Of a stretch of 64,000 bases of DNA, positions 15,085 to 27,448 are shown piece by piece. Origin of the DNA: Octopus sinensis (taxonomy: Eukaryota); the NCBI RefSeq assembly GCF_006345805.1, contig NC_043014.1:35464001-35528000 (forward strand), in the 5' to 3' direction. Each line of letters begins with the position of its first letter. The stretch's first letter is position 1. The notes below the pieces were generated by a model. That model was given only the letters and a program-made list of their open reading frames with translations, ran no database searches and had not been told where the DNA came from. A program made the position numbers and the translations under genes.

Positions 15085-15302
15085 TTCAAATTCACCTTAC
15101 CCTAAGGAAATATTCTAAATGACTTGAGATACTTGTCCTGCCTTGGTCTTTGTTTTCTTTTTCCTCTCATATAATATAATATAATATAATGTAATGTAAT
15201 ATATATAGGAAATAATTGAGATTCAGTTATATTAGGTCTTAAGTTGAAGCACTAAATCAGTCCGATATTATTCGCATCGCTCGAAGTAAGATGAATAAAA
15301 TC

Positions 15303-15424
15303 AAAATAAGCAACTGGATATCAAGTAGTGATGCAGTACAACCGTTTCAAGCATTGTTCAATTAAATGGACCCGCTTGAAACGGTCGTACTGCATTACTA
15401 CTTGATAACCTGTTGCTTATTTTA
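15303..15424. repeat. ~120-bp hairpin whose arms keep only the 3' half of an HHR
   Basis: aagcaactggatatcaagtagtgatgcagtacaaccgtttcaagc / gcttgaaacggtcgtactgcattactacttgataacctgttgctt. Contains GAAA-cggtcg-TA but no CTGANGA. Confidence 0.7.
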
Positions 15425-15458
15425 ATATATATATATATATATAATATATATATATAAT

Positions 15459-16221
15459 AAATGAAGAAAATGCTGACAAAATAATATAAGTAATTTAAGT
15501 AATTTAATTAGGTGAAAGTTCTTTTTACCGGTTGCGCATTTGTTATGCTTATCAAAAGATATTTTTTAAGAGAGATAGAGTTCCTTTCTGATAGATTTTT
15601 TCCTCTTATCCTCTTATCTTATCACAGATAAGAGGAAAAAATCTATCAGAAAGGAACTCTATCTCTCTTTAAAAAAATATCTTTTGATAAGCATAACAAA
15701 TGCGCAACCGGTAAAAAGAACTTTCACCTAATTAAATTACTTAAATTACTTATATTATTTTGTCAGCATTTTCTTCATTTCTTTTTTTATATATCACAAC
15801 TCGTGTTCCACATCTCCTTTTTTAAATATATATATATATATATAATATATATATATAATAAATGAAGAAAATGCTGACAAAATAATATAAGTAATTTAAG
15901 TAATTTAATTAGGTGAAAGTTCTTTTTACCGGTTGCGCATTTGTTATGCTTATCAAAAGATATTTTTTAAGAGAGATAGAGTTTCTTTCTGATAGATTTT
16001 TTCCTCTTATCCTCTTATCTTATCACAGATAAGAGGAAAAAATCTATCAGAAAGGAACTCTATCTCTCTTAAAAAAATATCTTTTGATAAGCATAACAAA
16101 TGCGCAACGGTAAAAAGAACTTTCACCTAATTAAATTACTTAAATTACTTATATTATTTTGTCAGCATTTTCTTCATTTCTTTTTTTATATATCACAACT
16201 CGTGTTCCACATCTCCTTTTT

Positions 16222-16225
<4 letters not shown>
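15459..16225. repeat. Two tandem near-identical ~400-bp units, each a ~320-bp near-perfect palindrome with a variant HHR-like motif in both arms
   Basis: Palindromes at 15459-15780 and 15860-16179, separated by a short tail and (TA)n. Arm motif tctt-TTGATAA-gcat(aacaa)atgc-GCAA-ccgg-TA-aaaaga (e.g. 15680-15719). Confidence 0.85.
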
Positions 16226-16259
<34 letters not shown>

Positions 16260-17330
16260 TGTATTGATGCAAACAGCGAAAATTCGCTCAAAATATGAGT
16301 ACATGTATATATTTTTATTAATATTTAGCAGAAGTAACAGAGTGACTCAAAGTTCGAGAGTGCCATTGCACCAAACTCTCGGACCTTGAATCACTCTGGT
16401 GATTAAGAAGCTTGCTTTTCAACCACGTGGTTTTGGGTTCACTCCTACTCGTAGCACTCTGGGAAAGTGTCCTCAACTATAGACCCTGGTCGACTAATGC
16501 CTAGTGGGTTAATTTAGTAGCCGGAGAATGTGTGGAAGCTCATCGAATATATATGCATGTGAGAGAAAGAGAGACTTTATGTGTGTATTATCTTCCTCAT
16601 GGATTGACAATCGGTGTTGGTCAGCTTACATCCCCTCAAAACAACGGCACGGTAAAAGAAACAGACAAAATATGTATGAGACTTAAGTAGTGTATACTGT
16701 GCGCTGTACAATGACTGAAGCAAGCAAACGATAAAAAGATAAATACAAATATACAATGAATATATACAACACAATAGCACAATACTGTACTGTATATCTG
16801 TATTGCATCTCTATATACAATATTTATATGCTATAGTAAAATCCAGATATGACCAGGATACAAATTTCCAATTTGGTCTTGGCTACATTGGCAACTGTCT
16901 CCTAGCTCTATTCTTCTGGATTTTGTAACATTTGCTACAGCTTCTTTAAATAAATGAAATGAATTATTAAAATTATAAATGCTAAAATGAAAAGCTAATC
17001 TACTGTATAAAAATTTACGATACAAAATATATAATATACGAAAACACACAGTAAAAAAGTATACAATACAGAAATATATGCACTACTCTATATGCAAAAG
17101 TGTAATTATACCAAAACGCACAAGTAAATAAACGCCAACAAAAGTATGTGAAAAAGCAGAAGTGAATTGGTGTAAATAGTTTTATAATAAACAGGCTTTG
17201 TGTAGCTACTAGTATTGCTGCCAAAAGTCAGTGGGGTAACTATTTTGGCTTGATGTTTTTATTTGTGGCCACATGTACATATACGCTATACACATGCACA
17301 AATACATACATGAATACATGAATACAGATG

Positions 17331-17407
<77 letters not shown>

Positions 17408-17501
17408 CTATTTTTGAAGACAAGTGGATGTATTCCACTGAAATTAGGTAAATAATCCTTCGAACAGACGGTCAGCAGCGACGCCTGCTGGGCTTGACTA
17501 C

Positions 17502-17544
17502 TCTGCATTGATAAAGGGCAAATACCCTGAAGCATGTCTGCAGA
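17502..17544 (+). ncRNA. Variant type I hammerhead ribozyme (U3-A8 core) at the apex of a long hairpin
   Basis: tctgca-TTGATAA-aggg(caaata)ccct-GAAG-catg-TC-tgcaga. Perfect 6-bp stem I and 4-bp stem II, GUC site. Outer stem ccttcgaacag..ggtcagc / gctgacc..ctgttcgaagg (17457-17590). Confidence 0.75.
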
Positions 17545-17706
17545 TGCCTGACCAGCAAGGGGAAGCGGCTGACCTCCCCTGTTCGAAGGTTATAATGGAC
17601 ACAGGTTTGTGTCATATAGCTAGCTAGAGGCGATGGCCTCTTGGAGTTAATCAAAGGCAGCTTTCGTCCTAGATTTATGGACCGCTATATTAGCTTGGCA
17701 ATAACT

Positions 17707-17750
<44 letters not shown>

Positions 17751-17939
17751 GCGTACATAAATACATACAACATAAAATTCGTGCATAGATATACAAATAT
17801 ACATATGTAGATGCATACATGCATGTATATATACCTACATCATCAAAAATCCGAAAGACGTTCCTTTGAAAAGATTCTCTGACTGATGTCCAGAGATATA
17901 CAACCAGGTAAGTTGCGCAGACCCATTTGATCACAGGGG

Positions 17940-18930
17940 TGAAAAGGCTTTCTGTTAATCAGGAAAAAAGTTATGCATGGTTAACTTAAAGAAACTAATC
18001 TATCTTGAACGAAAAACTGGTATATTAGCTTTCACTTTGAAGAATCTGTTTCTGTGGTAACCAGGAATAAAGAATAACATCAAATACCTGACGCAGAAAA
18101 GAGATAGTGGTGTAGGTAAATTACCAAGTTCACACAACCGAAGATTCTGTGAAATTGACCCGACGATGTGATCAGTATAAATAGCTATCCGAAAGTGTGG
18201 TCACAACACAATCTGTCTATGAAAATACTATACACTGTAATTTGCAGAAAGGACACTCTTGAAAATTGAAATAGTTTTACTGATGTGGATGATATACATG
18301 CACATCAGTAATATGAAAGAACAGTGATGGACTGTCCCGGTCAATATCTTTAAAAAATGGGTACAAATTCATTTAAAGAGATATAGCACAGGTATAGACA
18401 CAGATTAGTGCTCACACCGGCTCAAATACCGAAAGTCTAGCGTCAAACGATGGGAGAAGGACTCCCGACAATTAAGAGTTGGCTACCGGCGACTGAGCTG
18501 ATGAAAGTATAATGAAATAGTAAATGAACAAGCGGTTGTTAATGACATCAAAGCATTCACAAGTTAGTTATTCAGAAGTGAGTATAAATACATCTAAGTA
18601 GAAAATCAAGAGAAAGCAAAGCAGGAAAGTGAAAGTTCACAGTTCTTCATAGATAACTAGATCTCCTAAAAGTTCATACTCTAATATTACAGACAAAAGA
18701 GAGGATAATCCATAGTACTTTTTCATACATAAGTGAAATCTCTAGAGAGTATAAAACAAATCAGACATTATGAGCTGGACAAAGAAGAAAAATGTAACTG
18801 TCCACAGTATTATATACACAGTGGTACAAATCTGTTGCATAGAGGATTTTAATGAGAAAAAGAAAATATTTATGACGCATTAATGAAAACTGTCGATAAT
18901 GAAGCCGAAGAATAGATTTCTATTTGCATT
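17940..18930 (+). mobile_element. Highly decayed LINE RT fragment (R4/Dong-like)
   Basis: A-rich strand with motif remnants (NDIKAF near 18540; YKYI near 18580). No long ORF. Confidence 0.35.
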
Positions 18931-19043
18931 CTGTGATTATATTAGCAGTGTTCCCAGTGGGGGGGGGGGATTAAAAGGGGGCCCGAACAGACTGCCATGT
19001 TTAATAAAATTAAATTACTTTAAACGTTTTTAGACATGCTTTA

Positions 19044-19460
19044 GGCGCAGGAGTGACTGTGTGGTAAGTAGCTTGCTTACCAACCACATGGTTCTGGGTT
19101 CAGTCTCACTGCGTGGCACCTTGGGCAAGTGTCTTCTACTATAGCCTCGGGCCGACCAAAGCCTTGTGAGTGGATTTGGTAGATGGAAACTGAAAGAAAC
19201 CCCTCGTATATATGTATATATATATGTATGCATGTGTGTGTGTATATGCTTGTGTTTCTGTGTTTGTTCCCCCAACATCGTTTGACAACCGATGCTGGTG
19301 TGTTTACGTCCCCGTATCTTAGCAGTTCGGCAAAAGAGACCGACAGAATAAGTACTAGGCTTATAAAGAATAAATCCTGGGATCGATTTGCTCGACTAAA
19401 GGCGGTGCTTCAGCATGGCCAAAGTCAAATGACTGAAACAAGTAAAAGAGTAAAAGAGAG
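19044..19460 (+). mobile_element. tRNA-derived SINE, family A (full length)
   Basis: A-box-like tgactgtgtggt, B-box-like ggttcagtctc, ccttgggcaagt core, internal (TA/TG)n, tail (agtaaaag)n. More than 10 copies in the window. Confidence 0.9.
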
Positions 19461-19753
19461 AGTATGTCCATCGCAGAAAGAAATATATGAAAGCAAGAGG
19501 ATTTGTTTTCTCATCAAAAAAGGAGGAGGCAAAAAATTTCATTAGTATTTGCAGAGAGAGGTTGGTATTTGGTTGTGTGCGTTCCATTGCTCATGTAGAC
19601 AGTTTGTATAATTAAAGGTTTCAACACCAATTATAAGAAACTGGGTTTCACAAAACCAGATTAAGACACGGTAAATTACAAAATAACATTTACAATTGAT
19701 TAATAGAACTCTTTTTAAAGCATCACGGAATTTCATCCTATGTATGTATAAAT

Positions 19754-20110
19754 ACTCTTTTACTCTTTTACTTGTTTCAGCCATTTGACTGTGACCATGC
19801 TGGAGCAAATCGACCCCGGGACTTATTTTTTGTAGGCCTAGTACTTATTCTATCGGTCGCTTTTGTCGAACCGCTAAGTTACAGTGACGTAAACACACCA
19901 GCATCGGTTGTCAAGCGATGTTGGGGGGGGGGGGGGGCAAACACACCCACACACAAACATATACACACACACATATATATATATATACGACGGGCTTCTT
20001 TCAGTTTCTGTCTACCAAATCTACTCACAAGGCTTTGGTCGGCTCGAGGCTATGGTAGAAGACACTTGCCCAAGGTGCCATGCAGTGGGACTGAACCCGG
20101 AACCATGTAG
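19754..20110 (-). mobile_element. SINE family A, 5'-truncated
   Basis: Reverse complement of family A; forms an inverted pair with 19044-19460. Confidence 0.85.
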
Positions 20111-20781
20111 TTCGTAACATATATATATACACACACACACACTCACACATTTATATATACGTATACAAGCGTACGTGCTTGTAGACGTCAATATAAACAA
20201 AGTGCAAATTTCAAATGCAGTGAGATGCATGCATGTGAAAATACATACAGACAGATCAATATAAGCATAAGCAAAACGCCTTAATGATCATTCAGTTGAT
20301 GTTAATTTCAAGTGAAAGATCTTGGTTTTTGCGTTGGAGATCCGTCCTTTCTCTTTTGCAAAGTAATTTGAAAACTTAATCAACTGGAAAATAGATACGC
20401 AACTAACATACATACATACATATGTACGCACACACACAGACATATACAATTATTCACATACATATATCATACATACACAAGCGTGTGTATGCGTGTTTGT
20501 ATGTATTTTGATAGATGTATATGAACATAATGAAGGTTGAGTGACGTCCTACAATTATATGAACAAGAGGGTTCTTCAACCCTATATCCTACACGATGGT
20601 GAACTGGCAGAATCGTTAGCATGCCGGACGAAATAATTCGAGTCGTTTCTTCCGGCTTTACGTTCAGAGGTCAACTTCCTCACATCCTTCGGAGTCGATA
20701 AAATAAATATCATCTGCAAACTGGGTTCGATGTAAATAACTCACCATTTCCCCCCGCCCCTAAATATCACACCTTGTGCCT

Positions 20782-20881
20782 NNNNNNNNNNNNNNNNNNN
20801 NNNNNNNNNNNNNNNNNNNNNNNNNNNNNNNNNNNNNNNNNNNNNNNNNNNNNNNNNNNNNNNNNNNNNNNNNNNNNNNNN
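20782..20881. other. Assembly gap (100 N)
   Basis: Run of exactly 100 N. Confidence 0.99.
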
Positions 20882-20949
<68 letters not shown>

Positions 20950-21325
20950 TATATATATATATATACATACATACATACATATACATATGTATATATGTAT
21001 GTATGTATTGAAATATCTGGAATATTTCGCCGTTGTTGTTTAGCCCCAGTTGAGCCCCGATTACGCAGACCTATAACCAAAAGCAATACAGCTGTGACCA
21101 ATCCGTTATACATACAGATATTAATACATATGTACATGCATATACACACTCATACAAATATACGTAATATATACGTACGACTGAATGTATGTATGTGTGT
21201 ATATGTGTATGTGTGTATGTGTGTATATGTGTGTGTGTGTATGTGTGTATATGTGTGTGTGTGTATGTGTGTATATGTGTGTGTGTATACATGCACACAC
21301 ACACATAGGCGTGGCAGCGTGTATA

Positions 21326-21490
21326 GGCGCAGGCGGGGCTGTGTGGTAACAAGTTTGCTTCCCGGTCACACAGTTCCGTTTCAGTCCCGTCCATGCCACC
21401 TTGGGCAAGTGCGTTTTCTACTATAGCCTCGGGCCGACCAAAACCCTGTGAGTGGATTTGGTAGATGGAAACTGAAAAAAGCCCGTCGTA
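21326..21490 (+). mobile_element. SINE family A, head half
   Basis: ggcgcaggcggggctgtgtggtaa..ccttgggcaagt..gcccgtcgta. Confidence 0.85.
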
Positions 21491-22521
21491 CACAACACAC
21501 ACACACACACAAACACACATATATATATACGTGTGTGTGTGTAGGTATATATATATATATATATATAATTATATATATATTCATAGGGTGAATATAGCGT
21601 TAGGCGAGACTTTAGGTCCTAGTCAATGCAAATTTTATTAGGAATTTAACTCTATCCTTCACTAAAAAAGTCCCCATACTTACTAGTATTTACAGTTTAA
21701 TACGAATTAACTGTGTATTAATAGCCGAATTTAACATCATTCACATGCACACACACAAACACATACACACATGGACACACACACACATACACACATATCT
21801 CGACGTCTGTACATATACACACACACACATATTTATTTACAAATATATACGTACATACATGATTAGTTTCCATACCGTTTTCTTTTTACCAAATTCCCTA
21901 AGATATTTGTTGGCCTGAATTTTTAGTAGAAGTCCCTTTTCCAAGGTGGCGGTGCAATGGGATTGAACCAGAAAACGCGCAGATGCAGCGCAAGCTTCTT
22001 CACCACACAGCTCTCTCTCTCTCTCTCTCTCCCTAGCACTCTCCCCCCTCTCTCTCCACACACACATATATAATGCATATGTTTGAATGTATATGTACAT
22101 ATCTATGTATCTGTAGTCTCTACAACACATGCTATCAATAACCAACCACTCCATCCAGACAATATAACCGTGGAAGTCTAGAATTATCGATTATCAATGA
22201 AACTTGTAGCATTACCATTCCAAACAAAATGAGACTCATAACGTAACAAAGAAATATTGAAATATTGGAATATTAATGAAAGACGTTGAATCTTCACCGT
22301 GTTTTAATATTTAACAAGACGTATAAAAGAAAGGTTGATCCTTAGAATGACACGTATATACTTATTCACAGACACGCAAATACACGCACAAGCATGTGCA
22401 AATAGATGCATAAATACACACACACACACACACACACACTCACACACACACTAATACACCTTTCCATATGTACATATACTCTGCATTGGACTAATATTTT
22501 CTGTCTGCGATGAATATTATT

Positions 22522-22755
22522 TATTTCTTTACTACCCACAAGGGGCTAAACCATAGAGGGGACAAACAAGGACAGATAAAGGGATTAAGTCGATTACATC
22601 GACCCCAGTGCGTAACTGGTACTTAATTTATCGACCCCGAAAGGATGAAAGGCAAAGTCGACCTTGGCGGAATTTGAACTCGGAACGTAACGACAGATGA
22701 AATACGGCTAAGTATTTCGCCCGGCGTGCTAACATTTCTGCCAGCTCGCCGCCTT
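22522..22755 (-). mobile_element. SINE family B (full length)
   Basis: aaggcggcgagctggcagaa head, gagttcaaattcc B box, gtgggtagtaaagaaata end. Confidence 0.9.
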
Positions 22756-22973
22756 TTTGCAATGAATATTATTAACGCCTTCAACACACCAAATGGCAAG
22801 GTCTAGCACAGGTGTAAATGTGGATCTGCTGTCGCTGGTATGATGAGAAAGCATGTGTGCACGTGTGAATGTCTTTTTGCCAGCATATGTATTTGCGCTT
22901 GTGCATACCTACTGCTAGTCTATATATCTTGCTCCCCCTCCTGTTACTTTCCTTTCCTGTCTATCTCGCATAT

Positions 22974-23023
<50 letters not shown>

Positions 23024-25129
23024 ATACATTGACACGCTCGTGCACACACCTTCCCTCTCTTTCCCCCACTCGCTCGTGATAATTACATATACACTCATTT
23101 AATTGTTTTTAAATCTACTATCTAGCCAATTATTTTCTTCTTCTTCTCCTTCTTCTTCTTCTCTTCTTCTTCTTCTTCTTCTTCTTCTCCTCTTCCTCCT
23201 CCTCCTCCTCCTCCTTCTTCTTCATCATCATTATCACCAACCTCATCTTTCTCTTCTTTTCCTTTACTTCTACTTCTAACACATATGCATATTCGAACAC
23301 ACAAATACACACACACTCATACACACATACACACATACACACACACACTCACATACACACATACACACACACACATACACACACACACACACTCACACAC
23401 ACACACATACACACACACACACACTCAGACACACAAACGCGCGCGCACACTTATACGTACTCGCAGACTTAAGCAGAAGCAAACGTATACATAAATGAAC
23501 GCATGGTATTCTAATATACAATGGAATAGCATCATGACTGAGAGTAGATGAAATAAAAAAAAACATAACTGAGAGAGGAAGAAGACAGTGACAGAGACAG
23601 AGACAGACAAATAGACATACAGACCAACAAACAGACAGAGAGGGGATATGTGTGTGGCATGATTTGGAGAAGGAGCGAAAGAAAGAAAGAAAGAAAGAAA
23701 GAAAGAAAAACAGAAAGAAAGAAATAATCGTCAGTAATGTACTTGTTATCATAGCCGCTAAAGATCAGACGAACTTCCAGAAAATCGCCATTAACTTTTG
23801 GGCGATTGAATTTCGTGAGTTCTCCGTCTTGCCTTTTCTGAAAAGAACTTTCATTAACGCTAATGCCTTTTCTTCTCCTCAAGATTTTAATTTCAATTAA
23901 TGTTGAATTATTTTCCACTCACAATCCGTCACCTCAAGTATGTTAGTCGATACATTATGTACTCCATGTAGAAGGCACCCTTGAGAAATTATCCTATATT
24001 TTACATACACGCACACACATACACAACACACAGATGCACACGCCCGCAAGCATGCATACACATATATATATGTATATATATATGTGTGTGTATATATATT
24101 TACGATTGTAATCTGATATTTTCATGTTCAGCTTACTTGAACATGTACAGATAGACAGGCTTGCAAGAATGTACTTTTAGAGTGCTTTATTAGTGTTCCA
24201 CTGTGTATATCAGCGCACATATGTTTCTAAGTATTTACACACATACTCTCACACACACACAGACATATACATACACAGATGTATTTATATATGTGTATTT
24301 GTGTGCACGTGTTCTATATGTATTTATCTGTTCAATTATGCATATCTGTATGCTTGTGTGTAATCTTTCATTGAAGGTAAGGATGTATATGTATGTACAT
24401 ATGTAAGACTATAGGTTTGTGTATGTATATCCATACAAATGTATCTGTGTGTGTTTTTGCATGTGTGTATGTATGTATGTGTGTGTGTGTGGTGTATGTA
24501 TCTGTGTGTTTGAGATCATGGGGAAAGGTTTTCTTTAGATAAATAAGACGGCAGTAATTTTTGATGCAATATGTCAATATAGCACCATGGCTAACAACGT
24601 GCTACAACAAGAAGCAAATGCAATGCACTCTACCAGACAAATGGTAACAAGGCTTGATAAGTAAACATTAGTAATACAAACATTTGAAATCCACAGAACT
24701 CCCCCCACCACCACCACCACCTTTGAAATATTGATGATTAATGATGAATGCCATACTTATAACACAGCTTTTTCCTCAACTAAACATATGTTGATATGTA
24801 ATAGGCATAGACAAATATATACAGCGGAATGATGACGTATGAATTTAATGTACAAATTCCAAATTTTGTTTTGGCAACCAGTTGTACAACAGTAGATACA
24901 TCGATTCTGCTTGCATTAAAGATGCTTCAGCACCTATAAATTCTGAAGCTAAGCCGAAGAATGTCAAAAAACGCTGTTATTGAATTTTACAGAATTTAAT
25001 GTCATAAAAATAATAAACTATATCTTTACGAAAATCATACGAAAATATGAAAGGAAAAAAAAAAACATTCATAAAAAATGTAAAACTAGAAACTTGTTTT
25101 ACATACATGCAGAAAGACAGACAGACAGA

Positions 25130-25630
25130 CACGTACAAACGTTTTCAGCAGATATAAGAATGGAATTTGGCCAAATGAAGTATTCCTGGAAAATTGGTCC
25201 CCCAAACTCCATACTTATCCATCAACGGTCTCTCTCTTTATCTCTCCTGTTCAGCACAAAGAATGCCGCAAATATCTTGGCATGGAACGAAACATATCGG
25301 GTGCTGTGAATTAAAATAGAGTGATCCGAGAATATTACACCAGACTTAGAAAACTATGGTAGTCGGTACTCTCATTTTACAACCCGACAACATTCCATAA
25401 TGCAATTTCAGTGCCAGTACTGATACTAACATTTGGGATACTTGACTGGTCTGTATAGGAAATCCACTCCGTAGACTTGGCTGTGAAAGGCTCAGTAAGC
25501 CGAAAGGATTTGGAAAAGAACTAAGACCCGGATGCGAAACGCCCAGTAAACTAAGATACGACTGTGCATGGGTATGTTACGATGAAGGAAGTGAAGATAA
25601 TACTAATACCGAAAGATGCTCAGACTTTCT
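25130..25630 (+). mobile_element. Decayed R4/Dong-like RT fragment
   Basis: VQTFSADIRMEFGQMK (RT motif VxxFSxDIxMEFGxxKC) followed by KYLG at ~25271. Confidence 0.6.
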
Positions 25631-25808
25631 TGTTCTCATGGCTGCTACATCACATCATATTTCGAAGTCTACCCGTTTGCAATCCAAGAGAAAATCAACA
25701 CCACTTATCAAACGGTGGTGGGGGAAATGCAATGACACAAATTCAAACACACCCACACCCACCCACACATATACATACATATATACATACATACATACAT
25801 GCATACAT

Positions 25809-25842
<34 letters not shown>

Positions 25843-26584
25843 GCACACATATATATATATATGCCTACATACATACATATGTATATATATATATATATAT
25901 ATATATGTATGAGACGGGATTCTTCCAGTTTCCGTCTATCAAATCCACTCAGACATTTTCCCCGGGTACCAGGCAGAGAGAGGGGTAGTAGTATGGAATG
26001 AAGAATTTAGGAATATAGATTAGGTGTTGGTTGGACAGGTCAGTGCTTAGTAGCAGAAGAAAATATATATTAGAAGATGTATACATATGTATATATTAGA
26101 CATGTGTATATATATTTATACAGATGTTTATTCATATCAATAATCTTCATATACAACTCATACTCATATGTATATGTACACATGCACATCCATATATACC
26201 TGTATCTGTATGTATTATCGCCCCTATACACGCAGGTATATATACCTTGCATACATATATGCATTCACACATACATAAAACATACATACATACATACATA
26301 CCATACATACATACATACATACATACATACATACATACATACATACATACATACATACATACATACACGCATACACACATACATATACACGCACATATAC
26401 ATGCACGCATAGACACACGAATATAATTAGATGGTTGTGATATTCGAGTATGAGTGAGAAATTAGATTGGGATTAAGAGTTAAAACGTAGATTTATAGGT
26501 TACTGGGATTACGTAAGGAGTATTATGGAATTATACTGTTTGGTCGTTTAGGCATTTGGATTTATGGTGGAATTTGAATGTGTG

Positions 26585-26805
26585 AAAAAAGCAGTGGTTG
26601 CATGTGCTTAGTGCATCATTATGTTTATTTAGCAGACCTCGGTATGAAAGCCCTGAGTCCACTATGGACCATGATAGAGTATAGGGTATTTGTATTATTG
26701 AGATGATGAATGTGGTTGGTGAGTGTTGTAGATTTACTATGGTTATCGTATCTAAAAGAATGGAGGTGAGCAGCATATCGTTGCTTAAAATTTTTTCTGC
26801 CAAAA
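26585..26805 (-). pseudogene. Penelope-like element GIY-YIG endonuclease C-terminal relic (frameshifted, internally deleted)
   Basis: Minus strand, two frames: KNFKQRYAAHLHSFRYDNHSKSTTLTNHIHHL then IPYTLSWSIVDSGLSYRG-LLNKHNDALSTCNH. Matches the PLE pattern FKxRxxxHxxSF..STxL..WSI..LLNK..CxH. Confidence 0.7.
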
Positions 26806-26922
26806 TAATGGATCTAGAAATGCAATATCCTTGCATATCTCACTTCTATTTTCATTCCCCCACTTCACTCTCTATTTCGTATCTTATCTAAATTAACTAT
26901 TGCTTAATAATTTTCTCACATC

Positions 26923-26970
26923 GTCTCCGATGAAGGGATATAATAATTATCCTGGAAACAGCTGTAAGAC
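26923..26970 (+). ncRNA. Type I hammerhead ribozyme (U4C variant) next to PLE endonuclease relic
   Basis: gtct-CCGATGA-agggata(taataat)tatcctg-GAAA-cagctg-TA-agac. Same stems I and III as the 15.0-kb HHR. Confidence 0.8.
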
Positions 26971-27448
26971 CTATATATAAATGTTCTAAAATCTTCACAG
27001 CCTTGGTTTTTTATCTCATTCTGAAAAAATTATATATATATATATATATATAGATAGATAGATAGATATAGATATAGATATATAGATATTTCTATGCAAA
27101 GAGGAAAATAGAACTCAAAATATGAGGTGTATAATTATATTTTTATTAATGCTTAGTAGAAGCAACAACGTTGCTGAAGGGCCATGAGTTTCGTGCGTTA
27201 GTATTTAAAACTCGTCAGATCTCTTCGATCTATAACTAGCAGAAGTCGGGGAATAGGTAAGTCGATTACACCAACTCCAGTGATGAACTGATACTTATTT
27301 TATCGACCTGGAGAGGATAAAAGACAACGTCGACCTCGGTCTAATTCGAACGCACAACGTAAAGACTGATGTAATGCCGTTAAGCGTTTTGCCGGCGTAT
27401 TACCGATTCTACCAGCACGCCGCTTTGCTTCTGCTAAATATTAATGTA

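Larger units (their letters stand above)
14394..15165. mobile_element. ~770-bp non-coding foldback element with an HHR in each arm (probable Penelope-like pLTR derivative)
   Basis: 14394-14760 is the reverse complement of 14781-15165 (e.g. ccaaggcaggacaagtatctcaagtcatttagaatatttc / gaaatattctaaatgacttgagatacttgtcctgccttgg). No ORF. Confidence 0.85.

Noticed and set aside
18498-18522. CTGATGA matches here and at 2816, 28253 and 57293
   Set aside because: No supporting stems; these look like chance matches, mostly within decayed coding repeats.
25481-25510. ctgtgaaa-ggct/agcc-GAAA
   Set aside because: Core lacks A6, no stem I or III, and it lies inside a LINE fragment.
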